This document shows positions 49,816 through 59,515 of a stretch of DNA of 64,000 nt, one piece after another (positions within the stretch are counted from its first letter, which is position 1; every line of letters begins with the position of its first letter). The translations under genes and the position numbers were made by a program. The stretch covers positions 3,072,001 through 3,136,000 of the forward strand of contig OZ252098.1 of assembly GCA_965248355.1 (NCBI GenBank). The letters are read 5' to 3'. This stretch comes from Candidatus Latescibacterota bacterium (lineage in GTDB: Bacteria > Latescibacterota > UBA2968 > UBA8231). The notes below the pieces were generated by a model that made no database searches, was not told where the DNA came from, and saw nothing but the letters and a program-made list of their open reading frames with translations.

Positions 49816-49988
49816 TGCAAACGCTGGCACGCTCACGACCCCGAGGTCGGAGGGGGAGTCGAAAGGCGGCCACAGGCCGACACGATCTGCAAACGATGGC
49901 ACGGGTATCCTTTCAAGGGGCGGACGAGGGACGGCAAGACGATGCCGGAGCATCTACCAACAGCACATACGACCTGCAAACGATGGCA
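49816..49988. promoter_or_regulatory. Three LacI-type palindromes TGCAAACG(A/C)TGGCA
   Basis: At 49816-49829, 49888-49901 and 49975-49988; CG-centred 14-mers upstream of the LacI gene. Confidence 0.75.
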
Positions 49989-50178
49989 AGCGATCTCTGC
50001 CCGGAGGGGCGGGGTGTTTGATACCACAAGAACCGACGGACATGCCCTCCTCAGGCTGGGACTTCAGTTCCTTGACAGCATTGTCGAGGCCTTTCCTCTT
50101 TCCCTGGAGTCTGACATGAGCTCCTACGGTCTCGCACGCAGAAGGCCCGGGTTTCGCGGATTGCCGGGCCAGGTAGAA

Positions 50179-51222
50179 ATGAAGCAAGTTACAATCAAGG
50201 ATATCGCACGGGAGTCGGGGATCTCATACTCGACCGTGTCACGGGCCCTCTCTCAGGATCCGAAGGTGTCCGCACTGGTGGCTGCCGGGACCAGGAAACT
50301 GGTCCAGAGAGTAGCCGCTGAGATGGACTACAATCCCAATCTGATGGCCCAGGGGATTGTCATGGGCAAGACAAGCACCCTGGGTCTGCTGACCTACGAG
50401 ATCTCCCACGAGCTATTCGGCACTCAAGCGGATCATATTCTGAGAGCGGCCGACAAGCACAAGTACCAGATCCTGATAGCCATGCGTGTTCACCGGCGGC
50501 CCGGGATTCTGGATGAGGAGGTTCGGCAGATCAGGCAGCTGCTCTCCCGGCGGGTGGACGGACTGTTCATTCATACAAGGGGCGACTCGGGAGAGTCGGA
50601 GCGCATTCGAGGGGCGGTGCGGGGACGAGTGCCGGTGGTGACCTTTTGCCACCCCACGCCGGACCTGAGTGGTGTCGTGGTGGACGAGAGGGCGGGCTTC
50701 TTGGAGGCCACGGAACACTTGATCCAGTTGGGCCACGAGCGGATTGGATTCATCGGAACAAGGTGGGACAGGAACATCCTGGGCTCGGCCAAGGCCAAGG
50801 GGTACATGCTGGCCATGCGCAAGCATGGTCTGACCCCCCAACGCATACCTGGCAAGACCTTTCCCGCAATGCCCATGAATCGTCTGGGGGAATGGCTCGG
50901 CGACCGGTTCACGGCCCTTGTGTGCCGAAACGACTATACGGCCCTTTGCGCTTGCCGAGGGCTGCGGGAGGCGGGGTATCGCATTCCCGAGAATGTAGCC
51001 GTGATAGGGAGCGGTGATATCGGCGCGGGGGCCTATCTCACACCGGCGCTGACGACCATCGAGATCCCCCATGAGGAGCTGGCCCGGGCGGCGATGGAGC
51101 TGATGCTGGAACAACTCCGGGGCCAGGACGACCGCCGTCAGGCAACCCTGAAGTCGCGTCTGGTCGTGCGCGAATCCTGCGGCGCGAATACGGACAAGCT
51201 GCCCCCGGCCTCGGCATCCTGA
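50179..51222 (+). CDS. LacI-family transcriptional regulator
   Basis: VTIKDIARESGISYSTVSRAL, YNPN, GHERIGFI, PALTTI. Confidence 0.94.
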   Translation: MKQVTIKDIARESGISYSTVSRALSQDPKVSALVAAGTRKLVQRVAAEMDYNPNLMAQGIVMGKTSTLGLLTYEISHELFGTQADHILRAADKHKYQILIAMRVHRRPGILDEEVRQIRQLLSRRVDGLFIHTRGDSGESERIRGAVRGRVPVVTFCHPTPDLSGVVVDERAGFLEATEHLIQLGHERIGFIGTRWDRNILGSAKAKGYMLAMRKHGLTPQRIPGKTFPAMPMNRLGEWLGDRFTALVCRNDYTALCACRGLREAGYRIPENVAVIGSGDIGAGAYLTPALTTIEIPHEELARAAMELMLEQLRGQDDRRQATLKSRLVVRESCGANTDKLPPASAS

Positions 51223-51295
51223 CCTCCAGCGGTCCGGGAGTTGTCCGATCGGGCCAGGGCACCTATCTCTTCGGGAACCGAAGGGATGATGCCTG

Positions 51296-52402
51296 ATGGA
51301 CACCCTCTCCCCGGCCGCGCCCGCCGAGGCCGGCCTCTCCGCCGCCACCCTCGACCGGGCCGCGGGCCTGCTCTCCGACACCGCCGCCGCCGGCCGCGTC
51401 ACCGCCGCCAGCCTCACCGTGGCCCGCCGCGGCCGGCTGGTGCTGTCCCGGGGCTTCGGCTCCCTGCGCCCGGAGCCGGGCGGCCCGGCGGTGGAGGCCG
51501 ACTCCACCTTCCTGCTGGCCTCGATCACCAAGCCGGTCACGGCGTGCGCCGTGATGCTCCTCGTCGACCGGGGGCTCGTCTCCCTCGACGACCCGGTGCA
51601 GCTCCACGTCCCCGAGTTCCACGGCTGGGACAAGTCCCGGATCCGGGTGCGCGACGTCCTCTCCCACATCTCCGGCCTGCCCGACATGCTGCCGCAGAAC
51701 GTGCTCCTGCGCCGGCGCCACGCGACCATGGCCGAGTTCGTGGACGGCGCCGTCCACGCCCGGCTGCTCTTCCGGCCGCGCACCGGTTTCCGCTACCAGA
51801 GCAAGGGCATCCTGCTGGCCGCCGAGATCGTCGAGCGCGTCACCGGCCGGCGCCTGCGCGACTTCGAGAGAGAGGAGATCTTCGAGCCCCTGGGCATGGG
51901 GCGCAGCTGCCTGGGCCTGGGGGGCTACGCCATCGAGGAGACGGTCTGGTGCGGCACCTCCATGGAGCTGGACGCCGACGGCCGCCGCTTCGGCCCCAAC
52001 TCGCCGTACTGGCGCGACTTCGGCTGCCCCTGGGGCGGCATGCACTCCACCGGGCCCGACCTGGCCGTCCTGCTGCAGTGCATGCTCGACGGCGGGGCGT
52101 ACGGGGGCGTCCGCGTCTTCAGCCGCGCCGCGGCCGCGGCCATGGTCCGCGACCACAACCCGCCGCGCCTCGAAGCCCCCTGGGGCCTCGGCTGGGCCCT
52201 GCGCGACTCGACGGCGTGGGCCTTCTTCGGCGAGCAGGTCTCGGCGGGAACCTTCGGCCACGTGGGCGCCACCGGCACCGTGGCCTGGGCCGACCCGGCC
52301 TCGGGGCTGATCTGTGTCTGCCTGACCAACGAGAAGATCGACGGCGGCGCCCTGCTGCGCCGGGTCTCCAACGTGGTCGCCGCCTCCGTCGAGGAGGACT
52401 GA
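51296..52402 (+). CDS. Serine hydrolase (beta-lactamase-related family)
   Basis: ASITK (SxxK), LSHISGL, FRYQS, FGHVGATG. Confidence 0.9.
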   Translation: MDTLSPAAPAEAGLSAATLDRAAGLLSDTAAAGRVTAASLTVARRGRLVLSRGFGSLRPEPGGPAVEADSTFLLASITKPVTACAVMLLVDRGLVSLDDPVQLHVPEFHGWDKSRIRVRDVLSHISGLPDMLPQNVLLRRRHATMAEFVDGAVHARLLFRPRTGFRYQSKGILLAAEIVERVTGRRLRDFEREEIFEPLGMGRSCLGLGGYAIEETVWCGTSMELDADGRRFGPNSPYWRDFGCPWGGMHSTGPDLAVLLQCMLDGGAYGGVRVFSRAAAAAMVRDHNPPRLEAPWGLGWALRDSTAWAFFGEQVSAGTFGHVGATGTVAWADPASGLICVCLTNEKIDGGALLRRVSNVVAASVEED

Positions 52403-52406
52403 ACCC

Positions 52407-53369
52407 CTGCTGGACCGGAAGACCCTGGGCCGCACCGGCACCGAGGTCTCCAGCCTCGGCGTGGGCGGCTTCCTCGGCCTGCTCCTGGACCCGGAGGCGA
52501 CACCCGCCCGGTGCGAGGAGGCCGGCGTCGAGGCCGTGGGCCGCGCCGTCGAGTTGGGCGTGCGCTACTTCGACACCTCGCCGGCCTACGGCAACGGCCT
52601 CTCCGAGCGCCATCTCGCCGCCGGGTTGAGGGCCCTCGACCCGGGGGTGCGGGCGGGCCTCACGGTGTCCACCAAGGTGGGCACCCACCCCGAGCGCCGC
52701 TACGCGTACGGGGCCGACGACGTGCGCTGGTGCTTCGACCGCAGCCGCGAGCTGCTCGGCGCCATCGACGTGGTCCTGGTCCACGACCCCGCCAGCGACG
52801 AGCACCTCGACACGATCCTGGGTCCGGGCGGCGCCTTCGACGCCCTGGAGGAGCTGAAGGCCGGGGGCCGGATCCGCGCCATCGGCCTGGGGGTGCGCAG
52901 CCACCGCTTCCTGCGGCGAGCCCTCGAGTCCGGCCGCGCCGACGTGATCCTGCCATCCTACGACTACCACCTGGTGCGGAGGTCCGCGGCGGCGCTTCTG
53001 GCCGAGGCCGCCGCAGCCGGCGTCGGTGTGATCAACGGTTCCCCCTACCAGGCCGGCCTGCTCGCCGGCATCGACCTCGACGAGGAGGCGCGCCGGTGGA
53101 GGCCGGGGAACGCCGACCTGGCGAGGGCCCGTCGGATCGCCGCCTGGTGCGGGGAGAGGGGGGTCGACGTGGGCGCCGTGGCCGTGCAGTTCAGCCTGCG
53201 GGAGCCCCGCATCGACGCCACGCTGGTGGGACCGCGGACCACGGCGGAGGTGGAATCCTGCCTGGACCACGCCACCGCCGAGCTGCCCGAGGGGATCTGG
53301 GAGGAGCTGGAGGACTGCCTCGCCGGCCTGCAGCCGCCCCCGGAGCCGGGGGGCGAGGCCTCGCGCTGA
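52407..53369 (+). CDS. Aldo/keto reductase, probable CTG start
   Basis: LDRKTLGRTGTEVSSLGVG lies in frame upstream of the track's GTG; FDTSPAYG, STKVG, VHDP. Confidence 0.85.
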   Translation: MLDRKTLGRTGTEVSSLGVGGFLGLLLDPEATPARCEEAGVEAVGRAVELGVRYFDTSPAYGNGLSERHLAAGLRALDPGVRAGLTVSTKVGTHPERRYAYGADDVRWCFDRSRELLGAIDVVLVHDPASDEHLDTILGPGGAFDALEELKAGGRIRAIGLGVRSHRFLRRALESGRADVILPSYDYHLVRRSAAALLAEAAAAGVGVINGSPYQAGLLAGIDLDEEARRWRPGNADLARARRIAAWCGERGVDVGAVAVQFSLREPRIDATLVGPRTTAEVESCLDHATAELPEGIWEELEDCLAGLQPPPEPGGEASR

Positions 53370-53376
53370 GGGGGCC

Positions 53377-54288
53377 TCAGGCCGGACCGAGCCCGGCTCG
53401 CACCTCGGAGAGGGTCTGATGCAGGGCGTCGTGGATCAGCTCGTCGTACCCGTCCCAGGGGTGCTCGCCCACGCGGGTGCGCGGACCGATGGGCAGGCCC
53501 CGGCGGGCCAGGTAGCGCTTGGCCGACTGCGGGTACTTCAGCTTCACCACCGAGTCCATCAGGGTGAGACGTCGCTGGACCCAGTCCGCCATCTCGTGGC
53601 CGGGGTGGGCGCAGAGCCAGGCGAACAGATCGGGGTAGACGTTGGCGGCCACGGGCGACAGGCCGGCGGCGCCGAGCCGCAGCGACGGCAGGGCCGAGGC
53701 GGCGGCGGCGTTGAACATGGCGAATCCCGGGTCGGCGGAGGCGGCCTCGGCCTTGGGACCGAAGAGGGCGGGGTCCCGCGAGGTGTCCTTCATGTAGCGG
53801 AAGCGGCCGGTGGCCGCCGCCCGGGCCACGAACCCCGCCGAGGTCACCCGGTGGTAGGGCTCGGGGCACTCGTACAGGCCGAGAGGGACCGGGTCGGTGG
53901 CCTCCACCAGCTGCTCCAGCGCCGCCAGCAGCACCGGCTCGCCGGCCTCCCGGCCGCAGAGCTGGTTGGTCAGCACGACCACGGCGTCGACCCCGGTGTC
54001 GGCCATGCGGCGCACGAATCCGGCCTGCTCGGCCACGGGTCCGCCGAAGGTGCCGGTGGCCGCCACGGGCACCCGGCCGGAGGCGCGCGCCACGACGCGC
54101 GAGGCGAGGGCCAGCCGCTCGTCGTCGGAGAGGTGGTACATCTCGCTCGACTGGCAGACGGCGAAGAGGCCCTTCGAGCCGCCGTCGATGTAGAAGTCGA
54201 CGAGAGCATCGACCCCCTCATCGTCGACGGACCCGTCGTCGCGGAAGGCGGTGAGCATCACCGGCCACAGCCCCTCGAAGCGGGCCAT
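53377..54288 (-). CDS. DHDPS/N-acetylneuraminate lyase family protein
   Basis: CQSSEM, LYECP.PY, MKDTS Schiff-base Lys. Confidence 0.88.
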   Translation of the reverse strand: MARFEGLWPVMLTAFRDDGSVDDEGVDALVDFYIDGGSKGLFAVCQSSEMYHLSDDERLALASRVVARASGRVPVAATGTFGGPVAEQAGFVRRMADTGVDAVVVLTNQLCGREAGEPVLLAALEQLVEATDPVPLGLYECPEPYHRVTSAGFVARAAATGRFRYMKDTSRDPALFGPKAEAASADPGFAMFNAAAASALPSLRLGAAGLSPVAANVYPDLFAWLCAHPGHEMADWVQRRLTLMDSVVKLKYPQSAKRYLARRGLPIGPRTRVGEHPWDGYDELIHDALHQTLSEVRAGLGPA

Positions 54289-55157
54289 CAGACGACCTCC
54301 ACGCCGGCGCCCACGCCTTCCTCCAGCTCGGCGACGCTGGCGAAGGCGACGAGGACGCAGGTCACGGCGGGGTTCTCCTGGACCCAGCGGATGGCGCGGT
54401 TCGTGGGCGGCACCACCTCGCCCGGCTCGCACAGCTCCTGCCAGGGCCCGTTGACGATGGGGTAGATCAGGTCGAGGTCGCTGCGCGTCGGTTCCCCCCG
54501 CGGCGCCAGGCGGATCACGTCCTCGGGCCCGGCGGCGGACCAGTCGGTGCGCACCTGAGCCTCCCAGGGCAGCCACTGGCCGCCCAGGGCCTTCATGACC
54601 AGCACCCCCTTGCCCGCCTGGCGGGAGCGCGCCAAGCCGGGCTCCTGGGTGCGGCGGACGTAGTTGTAGATCACCAGGTCGCCCTCGGCCTCCGGCTCGG
54701 GCCCGCGCCCGGCGTAGGCCTCCTGGTCGGCCTCGTGGTGGCGGATCAGGCAGAGGGCCCGCACCTTGCCCGCCTGCCTCAGGGCGGCGGCGGCCTCGCG
54801 CACGGCGGGGTCCGTCATCCAGGAGCGGTGGTGGACGCGCAGGATGTCGATCGCCTCGCGCTGCACGTTGGCCAGGTGGCCCTCCACGACCTGGGCCAGG
54901 GTCGCCGGGTCGGGGTCGCCCACCTTGAGGGAGAAGTAGTGGCCGCCGCCGGGGCCCTTCAGCTCGTCGGGGATGTGGACCTCGTCGCCGTAGCCCATGT
55001 CGAAGAGGTTGACCCCCAACTCGGCGGCGCGCAGGTAGATGGCGCGCTTCTCCTCCGGCGGCGGGGTGCCCTCGGCGCCCTCGAAGCGGGCCAGCAGCCC
55101 GCCGAGACCCATCACGCTCAGCTCCAGATCGGTGCTTCCGAATCGCCTCCGTTCCAT
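54288..55157 (-). CDS. Aldo/keto reductase
   Basis: MERRRFGSTDLELSVMGLGG, GVNLFD, VMKALGG. Confidence 0.82.
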   Translation of the reverse strand: MERRRFGSTDLELSVMGLGGLLARFEGAEGTPPPEEKRAIYLRAAELGVNLFDMGYGDEVHIPDELKGPGGGHYFSLKVGDPDPATLAQVVEGHLANVQREAIDILRVHHRSWMTDPAVREAAAALRQAGKVRALCLIRHHEADQEAYAGRGPEPEAEGDLVIYNYVRRTQEPGLARSRQAGKGVLVMKALGGQWLPWEAQVRTDWSAAGPEDVIRLAPRGEPTRSDLDLIYPIVNGPWQELCEPGEVVPPTNRAIRWVQENPAVTCVLVAFASVAELEEGVGAGVEVV

Positions 55158-55209
55158 CCCTCCGCTACCTTTCCGCCATGATTGAATCGAAGCCGGAAAC
55201 ATACTCGCC

Positions 55210-56613
55210 ATGACCGACCGCCCCAACATCCTCCTGTTCTTCACCGACGACCAGCGCTTCGACACGATCGGCGCCCTGGGCCCTCCCGTGATCACCCCCA
55301 ACCTCGACCGTCTCTGCGCCTCGGGCACGGCCTTCACCGACGCCTACATCATGGGCGGCTCCCGCCAGGCCGTGTGCATGCCCAGCCGCGCCATGCTGCA
55401 CACGGGGCGGTCCCTCTACCGCCTCCAGGGCCAGGGCCAGACGATCCCCTCCGATCACGCCATGCTCGGCGAGACCCTGCGGCGGGCGGGGTACGACACC
55501 TTCGGGACCGGGAAGTGGCACAACTCGACGGAGCCCTTCGTGCGCTCCTTCTCCCACGGGGCCGAGATCTACTTCGGCGGCATGGGCGATCACTGGAACG
55601 TGCCGGTCTGCGACTTCGATCCCTCCGGCCGCTACGAGGGGCGCATCCCCCAGACCACCGACTTCCGCGCCCAGTCCGTCTCTTGGCGCCGGGGGGACCA
55701 CATGCGCCCCGGCGTGCATTCCACCGAGGTCTTCGCCGACGCCGTCATCCACTTCCTCCGCGGCCGGCGTCCCGGGGACGCCCCGTTCTTCGCCTACCTC
55801 TCCTTCCTGGCGCCCCACGACCCGCGCACCATGCCCCCCGAGTTCCTCGAGATGTACCCGCCCGCCGAGGTCGAGCTGCCGCCGAGCTTCCGGCCGGAGC
55901 ACCCCTTCGACAACGGCGAGCTGCGCGTCCGCGACGAGCTGCTGGCCGGGTTCCCGCGCGGCGAGGACGAGGTCCGCGAGCACCTGGCCGCCTACTACGC
56001 CATGATCAGCCACGTCGACGCCCACACGGGCCGCGTCCTCCATCAGCTCGAGCGCGCCGGCCTGGCCGAGGATACCCTGGTCGTCTTCGCCGGCGACAAC
56101 GGCCTGGCCGTGGGCCGCCACGGGCTCCTGGGCAAGCAGAGCCTCTACGAGCACTCGGTGCGCGTGCCCCTGATCTTCGCCGGCCCCGGCGTTCCCGCGG
56201 GGGAGCGGCGCCAGGCCCTGGCCTGCCTGACCGACATCTTCCCGACCCTGTGCGAGCTGACCGGGGTCGAGAGGCCGGACTCGGTGGAGGCCCCCAGCCT
56301 GGCGCCCTGTCTGGCCGACGGGAGCGCGGCCGTGCGCGACCACGCCCTGTTCGCCTACCGCCACTTCATGCGGGGCGTCCGCGACACGGCCGGGAACAAG
56401 CTCATCGAGACCGCCGCCGCGGGGCAGCGGCACACGCAGCTCTTCGATCTGGCGGACGATCCCTTCGAGGTCCGGGACCTGTCCGGCGATCCGGCCCGGG
56501 CGGACACGTTGTCCAGCCTGCGGCGGGAGCTGACCGCGTGGCCCCGCGACCTCGGCGACGACCAGGAGGGCCAGGGCGGCGAGTTCTGGGAGCGCATGGA
56601 GTGGGCCCGCTGA
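55210..56613 (+). CDS. Formylglycine-dependent (S1) sulfatase
   Basis: PNILLFFTDDQ, CMPSR, GKWH, APHDP, GDNG, GKQSLYE. Confidence 0.94.
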   Translation: MTDRPNILLFFTDDQRFDTIGALGPPVITPNLDRLCASGTAFTDAYIMGGSRQAVCMPSRAMLHTGRSLYRLQGQGQTIPSDHAMLGETLRRAGYDTFGTGKWHNSTEPFVRSFSHGAEIYFGGMGDHWNVPVCDFDPSGRYEGRIPQTTDFRAQSVSWRRGDHMRPGVHSTEVFADAVIHFLRGRRPGDAPFFAYLSFLAPHDPRTMPPEFLEMYPPAEVELPPSFRPEHPFDNGELRVRDELLAGFPRGEDEVREHLAAYYAMISHVDAHTGRVLHQLERAGLAEDTLVVFAGDNGLAVGRHGLLGKQSLYEHSVRVPLIFAGPGVPAGERRQALACLTDIFPTLCELTGVERPDSVEAPSLAPCLADGSAAVRDHALFAYRHFMRGVRDTAGNKLIETAAAGQRHTQLFDLADDPFEVRDLSGDPARADTLSSLRRELTAWPRDLGDDQEGQGGEFWERMEWAR

Positions 56614-56775
56614 GGCCGGGACAGGGCGCCGCTGAGTCACCCGTCTCTCGGGCTCGCGGCCTCCGGCAAGGAGCAAGATCATGGCAGCTTCCGTGGCCGA
56701 CCGGCTGCGCGGACCCGTCGTCCCGCTGAACGTCTGCTTCTGTCGAAAATGGTTTTATGTGAGTAGGTAGGCACG

Positions 56776-56813
56776 AAAAAGGACGGCACTCGATGAGAGA
56801 GTACCGTCCTTTT
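56776..56813. terminator. Bidirectional intrinsic terminator
   Basis: AAAAAGGACGG-c-ACTC...GAGT-a-CCGTCCTTTT between convergent genes. Confidence 0.8.
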
Positions 56814-56928
56814 GCTTTGGCTGGCTGCCTGGTGAGGCTGCTACTTCGTACCCGTAAGAATGTCTACGCCAAGGTCCAAGGCTCCCCTTCCTTGTGGGAC
56901 ATTCGTATTTTCATCTCTTGCACTTCCA

Positions 56929-57405
56929 CTACTCGATTACTTCAACTTCTCCCATGACTTCGGTAGCATGGGCAAGGGCTTGCTTCCGGCTGATCCAACC
57001 GTTGCCTTCGTTGGCTGGCTCGCCGTTGATGTTCAAGTACCATTTCTTTTCGAGGCGGAACAGTTCGGCGGTAGAATCGCCTTCGCTGGCTTGGAGCATT
57101 TGCCGATCAGGGAGAGGTTGCCGCCCGCGCTTCTTCGTGGCTGCTTTCTTCTTCGCTGCTTTCTTCTTCCTCCGTCCATTCTTCGGAGCAGGTTCTGAAG
57201 CCGTTGTAGCCGCCTCTGCCGCCTCCTGAGCCTCATGGGTGTCCTGAGTCGCCTTCCGCCGTGCTCGCTTCTTAGGGGCAGCCAGAGGCGCAGCAAGCGG
57301 AGCGATTGTCGTTGACGCTCCTACACCGGGGCGAACTATGATCTGCGGTTCTTCACCGGGAGCGGCATAGACTTCTATGACGAGTTGCGGAGTTCCTTCG
57401 GGCAT
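56929..57405 (-). CDS. Hypothetical Lys/Ala/Pro-rich basic protein
   Basis: AAGGA SD plus ATG 57405; KKRARRK and RRKKKAAKKKAATKKRG tracts; downstream terminator; low-GC codons. Confidence 0.7.
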   Translation of the reverse strand: MPEGTPQLVIEVYAAPGEEPQIIVRPGVGASTTIAPLAAPLAAPKKRARRKATQDTHEAQEAAEAATTASEPAPKNGRRKKKAAKKKAATKKRGRQPLPDRQMLQASEGDSTAELFRLEKKWYLNINGEPANEGNGWISRKQALAHATEVMGEVEVIE

Positions 57406-57486
57406 GGGATGGTTTTCCTTGGATAAGGGTGAGTGGGTGAAAAGGGATAGGAGAGAAAAGGGTGTCATTCTAATGGGGAGACAAAA

Positions 57487-57615
57487 TCACTGATTCTGAA
57501 TTGATCTCATGGCATCCTCTTGTGTCAAATTTCTAAGGATATCTAAGGTGCGAAGGGAAGTCCGTCCGGGGTTTTCCACCTCACCGGAAAGGACCTCAGC
57601 CCACAGTTTTTGCAG
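57487..57615 (-). pseudogene. Short internal fragment resembling DUF2806 proteins
   Basis: LQKLWAEVLSGEVENPGRTSLRTLDILRNLTQEDA. Confidence 0.6.
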
Positions 57616-58525
57616 CGATGCTCTGATTGGCATTGGGCGTTGACTCTCGTAAGCAATTGTAAAATATCGACTTTCTCGAATAGGGAAACGGTGAAGATTT
57701 GCAGGATTTCGGCCAGACGGCGGTCGACGTGTAGCTGCTTCTTGACGATGGCCACGAACGTAAGTGCTGATAGCGATCCAGATCTGGGTCTTGACCGCGT
57801 TCTCGGAGGTGCCGAAGAACGCTTTGATTTGCAGATGTTGTTTGCGGCATTTGTACAACCGCGGGATGGTCAAGGCGGGAAGGAAACAGGGGATATTGCC
57901 GCGTAGATCCATCAACGTGTGGAGCTTGATGGCGGCTTTGCGCTGACGGAATCGGGCCCACGGAAACAGCGAAAGACACAGATCGATGGTGCTGGAATCG
58001 AAGACATACGCGGTCTCTTCGAGTTGGACTCCGAAGTCGTCTTGGCTGTATAGCTTGCGGGCGTGGCCAATGAGCACCTGAGCGAGGTCGGCGTAGATGC
58101 GCCCGTCCCGGTTCTCGTTGGCATCGGCCAGGGTGCTCCTGGAAACCGGGTATCGAAGGCCGGCATGATACAGCTTGGGCTGCATCGCCCGCAAGCAGGT
58201 CTCGATGTCCCGTAGGCTTTCTCGACCGGTGAGTTGCGCAAAGGCCATGCACAGAAACTGATCGCGACACTTGAAGTGCCGTGTCCTGTATTTGCCATGG
58301 TACCGACGTACGCATCTGTTGAACTCGTGCCTGGGTAGGAAATCCATGAGCTGTGAAAATACAATCCGTCCCGTATGCATCGGCCATTCCCTCCCTCGCT
58401 AAAGGCAGCGCTGAATGGCCCAAATCTACGATCGATTTCAAATCGACAACGGTCATTTATTCGCACAACTCATTGTAGATACGTTACTTACACGATCCTT
58501 CAAAGCGCTCAACCGGACAGTAGTG
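57616..58525 (-). mobile_element. IS4-family remnant (DUF4372 plus DDE transposase, deleted)
   Basis: MHTGRIVFSQL...QLTGRESLRDI...DSSTIDLCL...IKLHT from ATG 58380; lesions at NIPCF|LPALTI, YKCR|KQHL and a frameshift. Candidate left end CACTACTGTCCGGTTGA at ~58509-58525; right end not found. Confidence 0.88.
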
Positions 58526-58737
58526 AGGAGACACGGCAAATAGGTCTTCTCCCCTTTGTCATTGAGTTCTCCGAGGGGATGCCCATACAGGAACCGTCAT
58601 CTGAAGACACTCCTAGGGCGGCAACCGAACTTAGAAAGCGGGGAGGCATCAAGGCCCTGTTGACACTCCTCTTTGAGAAATAGAGCAAGGAATAGAGCAA
58701 GCGGAATATAGGTGCTCAAAATTGACATTGCCAAAGT

Positions 58738-59214
58738 ATCGGCCCCGGTACCCGGCAGGCGGAGCTGCTGCGCGCCTATTTCGACGAGGCCAACGACGAC
58801 CACCCCTTCTACGACTACTACGACCTGTGCCGGGCCACGAAGGACGAGGACTTCGCCGTGCTCAGCGGCGGCCAGATGCGCAACTTCGTCCTCGGCCACC
58901 AGCTCGGCTCCAGCGGCTACCTGTGCACCACCGCCCCCTTCCGGCCGGACGTGGCCCTGGCCTTCCACGGCACCCTCACCCGGGGCGACTACGACGGCGC
59001 CTGGCGGGCCGTGGCCCGCTGGGAGGACCGCTGGCTGGCCGCGGCCGTGGAGATCGGCTGGCTGCGGGCCATCAAGACGGCCCTCTTCCTCCACGGCCTG
59101 CAGCCCTCGGACCGCCTCGGCGGCACCTGGACCGAGGCCACCCGGGACGAGCGCGAGGCGGTGGGGCGAGTGCTGACGGAAGTCTTCGGACCGATCGAGA
59201 GGGTGGGGTTGTGA
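58738..59214 (+). pseudogene. 3' fragment of a DHDPS-like gene
   Basis: AELLRAYFDE|ANDDHPFYDYYDL...SGGQMRNF...IKTAL; host-like codons; no start codon for the full frame. Confidence 0.55.
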
Positions 59215-59249
59215 GTGAGCGCGTGCCGTAGCAGACTGCCCCGTTTCAA
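59215..59249 (-). pseudogene. hicA: HicA toxin N-terminal stub
   Basis: TTG overlapping the hicB stop gives MKRGSLLRH, then homology is lost. Confidence 0.55.
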
Positions 59250-59456
59250 GGGACAGTGATGCTCTCCCGGATGGCATCTGGCGGGACGGCTCGCAGGCCC
59301 TCCTCGCGACGATCCTGAAGGATGAGGGCTATGGCCTCGGCGCAGGTTCGCGCGTACTTCGTCCCTGGTTCGGCCCTGACCGTTGGCCCCGGGGATCTCC
59401 GGGCACCAGGCGATGTACCATTCCCCGTCCTGCTCGATGATCGCCGTGAACTCAGA
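59246..59456 (-). pseudogene. hicB: Frameshifted HicB antitoxin
   Basis: EFTAIIEQDGEWYIAWCPEIPGANGQGRTRDEVRANL, +1 nt, then AEAIALILQDRREEGL...ITVP*. Confidence 0.82.
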
Positions 59457-59515
59457 AGAGTACCAACACCCGGACGGCGCCGTTCGTCATGGAGGTATGA
59501 GAGCAGACGTGCCGG

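Noticed and set aside
49816..49988. Triple 14-mer as a mini-CRISPR or sigma54 promoters
   Set aside because: Repeats too short with long unequal spacers; TGGCAC is not followed by TTGC at -12.
47626..50178. 1198-aa ORF as a giant LacI fusion; likewise the long N-extensions of 851..3148, 30428..34204 and 37567..40203
   Set aside because: Recognisable domains begin at internal starts; the extensions overlap other real genes.
51296..52402. Antibiotic-resistance beta-lactamase
   Set aside because: No signal peptide; motifs fit the broad serine hydrolase/esterase family.
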